Positions 1-7,300 of a stretch of DNA of 64,000 nt are shown in pieces. Both the position numbers and the translations under genes were made by a program. The notes beneath the pieces are model-generated. The model had not been told where the DNA came from, did no database searches, and worked only from the letters and a program-made list of their open reading frames with translations. Origin of the DNA: a virus; the IMG/VR virus record IMGVR_UViG_3300029286_000018, positions 30,350-94,349 of that record. One strand, written 5' to 3'. How positions within the stretch are numbered: position 1 is the stretch's first letter; every line of letters begins with the position of its first letter.

Positions 1-2
1 AG

Positions 3-395
3 TCTACCCCAATTGAAAAATCTGTTGATCGTTCAGTTTCTCGTATCTCTGAGTTTCTTCCTGATATTAAGCAAGAAGTCCCATCAGATGTTGCTGATGA
101 CTTGATGAAGTTCAAGGGTAATTTTTCTGAAGCTTCAAAAGCTGCAGGTTCTCACGGTTCTGTGCGCACAGATCGAATAAGTATGTTTGACGAGGGTGCT
201 TTTGATAGATTGCAGAAACCAGAGACAGAGAAGAAAGCAGCAAAGGTTGTTGAAGAAAAGAAAATTTCTAAGGCGATGAGAGCGACAGATATTGCTAACT
301 CAATGTGGTCAAAACTTTCTGATGACAATTCAGCAAAAGGCAAGATGTCGAGAGAGCGTGCAATCGATAAATTATTTGGAGACAATAATGCCTAA
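3..395 (+). CDS. Hypothetical protein, 5'-truncated by window edge
   Basis: The frame of track ORF 102..395 is open back to base 3 (STPIEKSVDRSVSRISEF...), so the true start lies outside the window. Confidence 0.75.
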   Translation, partial: STPIEKSVDRSVSRISEFLPDIKQEVPSDVADDLMKFKGNFSEASKAAGSHGSVRTDRISMFDEGAFDRLQKPETEKKAAKVVEEKKISKAMRATDIANSMWSKLSDDNSAKGKMSRERAIDKLFGDNNA

Positions 396-1446
396 ATTTA
401 ATCTTTTTAAGTTGGCACAAGCACAGCCTGGCCAGTTTAATATGAGCCAGCCAGTGATTCAAGGAGCCATGGAATCTGTTACTCCAGAGGGAACTACTGA
501 GGAGTCGCTAGAAGATGGTGCTGGTATGGGCATGGAAGGTGATACTCAGCTGTTGATGAATCCCGGTCAGTCTGATGTTGACTCAGAAATAGAGACTTTG
601 TCAGTTCCACTATTTGAAAACCATGTGCAGATGTATGAAAAGTTAAAATCTATGTCTACCGGAGATACAAAATCTTCGATGAACGCTGCATGGAATAATT
701 ATTTTGCACCTACTATCGGTGAAACTGAAATTGGCGATGATTTTAAATCTGGTTTGGGACAATTTTTTGACACTGATCCTGATTCTGAAGATGCAGTTGA
801 TATTGCTAATCGCCTTTATGACATGTACGCCAAGATTCATCCTTCCCATAAGGGTTCAGAGGCTGAGCAAGAGACAATTAATGAAGAGTTAGATGTAGCT
901 ACTGCTAGTACATTAGATGTCATCAAAATGGCTCAAAAAATGGCTAAGTCACAAGTGCAAAAAATGGCAACAGGATCTTTTAATCTTAAGAAGATTGCTC
1001 AGCATAAGGGACTTGACTCTTCTAATGTTATTACTGGTCCATCTCAGACATCTTTAAGCCCATTCACTCGTGACATTCAGGGCGGTATGCACTTAATCGA
1101 GCAGAACAAAGGGTTTGGACTTAAGATTGATGACATTCTTGACATTAACTTTGAAGCAATTTGGCGTGGTAATATTATGGATAAATATAATCAGCCATAT
1201 CGTGACGAACAAGGTAATTATGTTGGTGGTTATATAAATAGAAGATTTGAAGTTGATCGTAATATTCCAGTTGGTAATAATTTGCAGCTTCTTCCAGGAA
1301 CCCGTCATCGTCCATGGATGCCAGAATATTCTATTCTTGAGTCTCGCATGGAGTCTGCTAGAGGAAATAAGGATAAGTTAATTAATCCTTTTACTTTTGC
1401 AAAAGTCTCTATTGGCCCATTTAACTTAAAAAAAAAGAGCAAGTAA
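388..1446 (+). CDS. Head-associated protein with repeated FNLxKxAQ motifs; probable -1 frameshift extension to 1655
   Basis: GGAGA at 378-382 precedes ATG 388 (MPKFNLFKLAQ), a better start than 292. Contains FNLFKLAQ, FNLKKIAQ and FNLKKK; lies directly upstream of the portal. Confidence 0.7.
   Translation: MPKFNLFKLAQAQPGQFNMSQPVIQGAMESVTPEGTTEESLEDGAGMGMEGDTQLLMNPGQSDVDSEIETLSVPLFENHVQMYEKLKSMSTGDTKSSMNAAWNNYFAPTIGETEIGDDFKSGLGQFFDTDPDSEDAVDIANRLYDMYAKIHPSHKGSEAEQETINEELDVATASTLDVIKMAQKMAKSQVQKMATGSFNLKKIAQHKGLDSSNVITGPSQTSLSPFTRDIQGGMHLIEQNKGFGLKIDDILDINFEAIWRGNIMDKYNQPYRDEQGNYVGGYINRRFEVDRNIPVGNNLQLLPGTRHRPWMPEYSILESRMESARGNKDKLINPFTFAKVSIGPFNLKKKSK
1428..1437 (+). other. Slippery site A9G (A-AAA-AAG): candidate -1 frameshift or transcriptional slippage
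   Basis: TTA AAA AAA AAG lies two codons before the stop. The -1 frame is open from 1425 to TAA 1653-1655 and encodes CPVC...CVNCG. Confidence 0.6.
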
Positions 1447-1658
1447 AAATTAAGACTGCCAGTAAGTCTGGTTACAACAGAGCTCTGGACAGAGCTTTCT
1501 CTTTTGGGGCACCCGATAAAAGTACTATGTATGCAAGGCAGAAAAAAGTCTGCCCTGTATGCAATTCGGATAATTCTGCGGACACATCTAAAAACCAAGG
1601 AAAATGTGTCAACTGCGGATTTGATTTAAGTAAAGTTCAGGTCACAAGAGTATAATAA

Positions 1659-3911
1659 ATGGCAAAACAAACTAAAACACCTCAAGATAATATCGTTGAG
1701 CTCAATATTACTGACAATAAAAGATATGCTTCATCTGGCTCTGTGCATCTACCATTGACAAAAGCTGCACAATATATGGGTGGTAATGCTGGTACGATTT
1801 TTACACAGCCAATGTTTTTCAGTCCGTTGCATACGCCACAAAATTGGCAAATTGCAAGTAAGCGCAAAGAAGTTTATCAATGGGCTCGTTTCTATTATGA
1901 GAATGAACCAAAGGCTGCTGCAGGTATAGACTTCTACGCTGGTTTCCCAATGAATGGCTTATCTTTGGAATGCAAGGACAAAAAGATTCTTGCATATTAC
2001 GAGCATACAATTGAAAAAATAAATCTTGAGTATTGGCTAAGAAAAATAAGCCATGAATACTTTTTGCTTGGTGATGCATTTGTGTTTACGGAAATTGCAT
2101 GTCCAGTATGTAATGGGGTAGGTCATCTTTCTAACGGCAATATATGTAATCACCCTGATGGTACTATCAAGAGACTTTTAGTTTTAAACCCAGATTTTAT
2201 TGAAGTTCAAAGTACTCAGTTAGCTGACGAGCCAAGCGTTGCTCTTATCCCAGATGATGACTTAAAGAGAGTTTGTCAGCAAAAGAAGCCTAAGCAAGTT
2301 TATGATCGTATTCCAGAAAATATAAAAGAGTACGTTATGTCTGGTAGGCCAATCCCATTAAGTCCTAGATGTATTAGTCACTTAAGACATAAGGGCTCAC
2401 CATACGGTACTTATGGTGAAAGTTTGTTGCGTAGACTATTTACTATTATTGCTTATAAAACTAAATTAATGACAGCAAACTGGATTATGGCAGAGCGTCA
2501 TATTCTTCCTGTAAGAGTTGTTAAAGTTGGTAATGCAGAGCGTCCTGCTTCTGAAATTGACATTGCAGACGTTCAGGGTCAGCTCGCTGCTGTTGCAAAC
2601 GATCCTAATTTGACTATTGTTACACACCATGCATTTGAAATGGATTTCATAGGAGCTACAGGCAAGATACATGATATCAGCAATCAGATGGAGATGATTG
2701 GTAAAGAAATGCTCGATGGTCTTATGCTTCCCCAGACGTTGTTGAATGGCGAAATGGCTGCATATAGTGCTGCTGCAGTGGGCGTTGAGACTCTTATCCG
2801 TAGATTAGAAACATGGAGACTAGAGCTTGGCGAATGGGTTGCTAAAAATGTATTCCTGCCAATAGCACAGATGCAGGGTTTTGTTGATACTCAAAAGAGC
2901 AAGCTAGTTGGTGAAACAGTTTGGCTATACCCTACAATCAAATGGAACGACTTACGCCTAAGAGACAACTCTCAGTATTTGCAGTCACTCATGCAGCTCC
3001 ACGACAAAGGTCTTATTTCAACTCAGAAATTGCTTACTGAATTCAATATTGACTTTGATCAAGAAGTTAATCGCTTGCGGGAAGAACAGATCACTGCAGG
3101 TAAGGGCGGTCAGGTCGTTGGCGGACCTCCGGGTGGCGGCGGCGGTGGTCTTGACCTTGGCTTGGGCGGTGCTCCTAGCGCTGGTGGACTTGATCTTGGC
3201 TTAGGTGGCGGTGGTGGTCTTCCTCCTGGGCTGGGAGCGCCTCCTGGTGGCGGTCCTCCGGGTGGCGATGCCCTAATGGGTGGCCAACCACCAATGGGGG
3301 CACCAATGGGAGCGGCAGCAGCTTCTGAGGAAGATATGACCAAGGTCGCACAAATGATGCCAGATCCATCTGGTATGTCTATAGAGTCTGGCCGTATCTA
3401 TAAAAAGGGCAGGGAGCCAAAAAAGAAAAAGGACGAACAGGTTGACCAGTCTCAAAAAATATTTCTAACAAAGCCTGAGCAAAAGCTTTATCAAATAATT
3501 CGTTCTTTAAATATTCCATTGCGTTTGTTTGCTCAATATCAGCAGCATGTTGCTGGCAATCAGAATGCGTTTATGCTTGACTTTGCATTCCCGGATATTA
3601 TGTTAAATTTGGAAGCTGATGGAGATTTCTGGCACTCAGACTTTGATGCTTTAGAAAGAGATAAGGAACGTGATCTAAAGCTTGCATCGCTCGGATGGCG
3701 TGTGGTTCGTATACGCGAAAGTGCGCTAAATACAAACGCTCAAATGGTAACGCAGGTTGTTATAAATAATATTAAAGAAGCAATTGCACAGCGTAAGGCA
3801 ATGATGGCTAAACGTGCAAGCGTTGAGGACGAAAGTATTGCCTACGAAGACGGAGAAGACGTAAAAATTGCGTTTCAAAATTTAATATATCATAATGAGG
3901 ATAATGATTAA
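1659..3911 (+). CDS. Portal protein with Zn-finger insert, Gly/Pro linker and C-terminal Vsr/DUF559-like endonuclease domain
   Basis: Upstream of protease and capsid genes. Portal-like motifs (EYFLLGDAF, LNPDFIEV, HLRHKGSPYGTYGESLL, VRVVKVG, IKWNDLRL, GLISTQKLL). C-terminal TKPEQKL..DFAFPD..LEADGDFWH..RDKERDLKL..GWRVVRI. Confidence 0.85.
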   Translation: MAKQTKTPQDNIVELNITDNKRYASSGSVHLPLTKAAQYMGGNAGTIFTQPMFFSPLHTPQNWQIASKRKEVYQWARFYYENEPKAAAGIDFYAGFPMNGLSLECKDKKILAYYEHTIEKINLEYWLRKISHEYFLLGDAFVFTEIACPVCNGVGHLSNGNICNHPDGTIKRLLVLNPDFIEVQSTQLADEPSVALIPDDDLKRVCQQKKPKQVYDRIPENIKEYVMSGRPIPLSPRCISHLRHKGSPYGTYGESLLRRLFTIIAYKTKLMTANWIMAERHILPVRVVKVGNAERPASEIDIADVQGQLAAVANDPNLTIVTHHAFEMDFIGATGKIHDISNQMEMIGKEMLDGLMLPQTLLNGEMAAYSAAAVGVETLIRRLETWRLELGEWVAKNVFLPIAQMQGFVDTQKSKLVGETVWLYPTIKWNDLRLRDNSQYLQSLMQLHDKGLISTQKLLTEFNIDFDQEVNRLREEQITAGKGGQVVGGPPGGGGGGLDLGLGGAPSAGGLDLGLGGGGGLPPGLGAPPGGGPPGGDALMGGQPPMGAPMGAAAASEEDMTKVAQMMPDPSGMSIESGRIYKKGREPKKKKDEQVDQSQKIFLTKPEQKLYQIIRSLNIPLRLFAQYQQHVAGNQNAFMLDFAFPDIMLNLEADGDFWHSDFDALERDKERDLKLASLGWRVVRIRESALNTNAQMVTQVVINNIKEAIAQRKAMMAKRASVEDESIAYEDGEDVKIAFQNLIYHNEDND

Positions 3912-3970
3912 AATATTTCAAAACAAAGGAAAAATTTTAATTATTATAAAATGAATACCTTAGATTCATT

Positions 3971-4384
3971 ATGATAAAAATAGCTGGTAAGCGTATAAAA
4001 GATCGCCATATTAATTGGCAAGAGCACTACTCGGAAAGAACAGAACCTTTGCGTGATCGTTATTGGTCTGAATTAGGCACTGGTTCTTATCGTAGATGGG
4101 AAGGTCATGACTATACAACGAATAGTGATTATTACGTTGTTTGCAGTCCTGCTCAAACTAAATACGGAGAAAAATCTTACTTTGCTGGTATTAAAAAATT
4201 ACCACCCGCTTCGGTTCGTGAAACTACAAAAGTGTATTCTCCATATGGTAAGTACTTTAGTAGCATGGCTGCTGCTTTGAGTTTTTTAAAAGACAAGTAT
4301 GGTGTACCTTGGCCAAAAGATCAAGTGAATTACATGTCAGCGCAATTGCAAAATATTGAAATCCCTAGATTCGTGAAGGCATAA
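3971..4384 (+). CDS. Hypothetical head-module protein
   Basis: 137-aa ORF between portal and protease; begins MIKIAG; no recognisable family. Confidence 0.7.
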   Translation: MIKIAGKRIKDRHINWQEHYSERTEPLRDRYWSELGTGSYRRWEGHDYTTNSDYYVVCSPAQTKYGEKSYFAGIKKLPPASVRETTKVYSPYGKYFSSMAAALSFLKDKYGVPWPKDQVNYMSAQLQNIEIPRFVKA

Positions 4385-4390
4385 AATATT

Positions 4391-7300
4391 ATGGATAAAT
4401 TTACAATAACTACTGAACGTCAAATTGAACCTTTGAACATTCCACAGCATTGGGATGAAATAAATATTTCTCCTATTACAAAATATGCATCAAATGATAA
4501 GGTCTTTGAGGAGAGAGTGAAGGGCATGGATTTAGGCGGCTTTAACATTGTAAAAGAAGTCAAAGAACATCCAGAGCATTTATTTGTAAAAGTATTTGCA
4601 ATTAAGAAAGATGAAGTAAATGATAATGGAGATTACTTTAGTGAAAAAGAACTAAAGAAAGCTGCAAAAACATTTATTGGTGTTCCTGTATTTGTCAATC
4701 ATCAGAACGATGATATTGAAAAAGCAAGAGGAAAAGTTGTACATGCTTGGTGGGATGATGAGCGTGGTGGTATTTATACAATTAATATGGTTGATAAAGT
4801 TGCATATCCACGTCTTGCAAGAGGAATAGAGGCTGGATACGTCACAGGTAGCTCCATGGGGTGTTCAGTCAAGTATAGCGCCTGTTCAGTTTGCCATACT
4901 CGTGCAGCAAATGCAAAAGAATATTGCTCACATATTAAGGAAAGAAAAAAGAAGAATTTTACTGGAGAACATGAGTGTCTTTATCACAAAAGCGCTAACT
5001 CTGGTGATGAACCATGTCCTGTTTGTGGTTCTGAAAAAGGAAAGAAGAAATTAAACAAGTACGCAAGTCAACAGATATTTGAGCATAATTATGATGTTAA
5101 GTTTATTGAGGATAGCTTTGTAGTTAATCCTGCATGTCATGATTGCTTGGTAAGTGACATCATAAATCCAAGCGCTTTGTTTAAGAAAGTTGCCGACATT
5201 AGAGAGACTATTTCAAAGCTTGGTTTTGTAGTCGAATCAGATTCATCTTTTGGCATAGAATGCTCTACTGGCCAGTGCGGCTTACACAAGGCTGCTGGTA
5301 AGCAGGAGTTAAATGAACTTAATGATGCCATGAATCAATTGGAGCGTGTCGCTCGTTCAATGATGGCTCAGAAAAATAAGGTTAGCTTAGAGTATGTTTC
5401 TGATATTATTAAAGTTACTGCAGATATACAGAAAATATCAGATGAATTAGTTGAAATGGGTTATGCAGTATTACCAAGTCCAACTTCTGAGCAGGTTGCT
5501 TATGGAACAAACGTGCAGGCAAGTCCTGTTGTTGGTCCATCTTCTGCAGTACAAACACCTATTTCAGCTATGCCAAAGCCGTCTTCAGGAGCTCAGCCCT
5601 CTGCTCAGCCATCATTAGCAATGCCACCACAACAGGCTGCTCCGATGATGAAAACTGTTCCCGGCACAGTGTCTCCACAGGTTCAGGATCTTGGTGATGA
5701 CATTGGACGAGTAACAAGACCAAATTTTGTTCCAGTTCGTGCAGATTCCGCAAAGGATTTTATTAAAATATCTAATAGTATAATGAACAGGCTCTCGGAA
5801 ATTGCGGGAGTTTTAAATATTAATGGAGAGTTTATGTCTGAAAATTCAGGATACAAATACACACAAGGTGATGATACAATTGTAATTTCCTCTGATGTAG
5901 ATGGGGAAATTCACGTTGCTCATCTGAACCAGGATCGCTTGCTCAAGTGGGCAAGCATAGATTCATTTGATAATGAAACTCAAAGTTTAATAACTCACAA
6001 TCCGCAACAAGCCGCTCGTAAAATACTTTCTTCATATATGAACAACAATAATTCAGAGGAGTCAATTATTTCCATGGAAAACAACAATAAGATCGCACAG
6101 TCTCAGACTAATGATGTACACGAAGTTACCACCGAATCCCAACTCAATAGTGTTAAGGGTCTTGGCAGGCGTCAAGGAGAAGCCCCCACTGGTACTACTG
6201 AGAGCAAAGAGCAGCTTGGCTCTGGCAAGGTTTACTTCAAGGACGTGAACAGCGAGTCTCCCACCGCTCATCGTGGAACCTATGATTCCATCGTTGAGTC
6301 TACTCTGAATTCTAAGACTGGTGGATACATGGCGAGATGGGGTTCTTTCCCAGAGGTCATTACTGAGGCTCAATGGGACGACTTGTCTCGCGAAGTTAAG
6401 GCCAACATTCCTTCTGACTGGACATCCGTTGCTAAGGAAGGTCAGCTCGATGCCTTGCGCTCCACATTCAGCTGGTCAGAGCCAACAGCAACCACAGAAT
6501 CACAACTGTCAGGAAAGATGAAAAAGAAGGCTTCTGCCAAGGATCTTATTAAGGTCGCTCAGTCTGCAGTTGCTGATGCCATGGCATTCTATGGTGTTGG
6601 AATTGAAGACATTCAGAAGAGTGTCCAATTTGTGAACTCAGATTCTTCTCGTAAGTTTAAGTCAAAGGTTATGGTTGCACTAAATGCTGCTCCATGGGCA
6701 GTTAACGCACGTAAGGCTTACAATAGTCGTCTTGCTTCATTCTCTAAGGTTGCTTCAGAAGTTTATGGACTTGAGCCAGTTGATGCAGTTCTTGCAGCAA
6801 TTGGAGACAGTCTCGACAACAATGGCGCAGAGGACGTTCTCGCTGCAGTTACATTTGTTGCAGGCAACAAGTTGGCAATGCAGCAGGCAGAAGATTTGGC
6901 AGTTGAAAGATTTGAGTCTACTGTTTCTGGAAATAGTAATGAAGAAGACATGTTCCGTCAGGCCTTCAGTGAGCTTTCTCTCCCAGAGGATGGTCTTATT
7001 AAGGTTTGTATGAGCGCTCAAGATGATTTGGGAATGGATGTTTCAGGAGACAAGTCATTCATTGATGCAGTTCATAAGTTTGCGCAGAATATGGTCAGCG
7101 AAAATCTTGGCAAGCAAGTTGAAGTCGTTCCAGTCGCAGTTGATGTTGATGAGGAAAACGGACTTGTTGAAGCTACTTGCAAGCTTGCATCTAAACTCAC
7201 TGATCAGGAAAAACAAGCTTTTAGCAAGTGGGCATCTTCCGCTGAGGAAGCAACCAAGCAGGCTGAAGTAATAGAAGAAGTCGAAGAAACCAAGTTTGAG

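Noticed and set aside
1305-1598. Minus-strand 97-aa ORF as the explanation of the gap before the portal
   Set aside because: It overlaps ORF 388 antisense and lacks features; the + strand -1 frame gives a coherent Zn ribbon.
3100-3320. GC-rich island as foreign DNA or collagen repeat
   Set aside because: Explained by Gly/Pro codons of a linker; no sustained G-X-Y periodicity.
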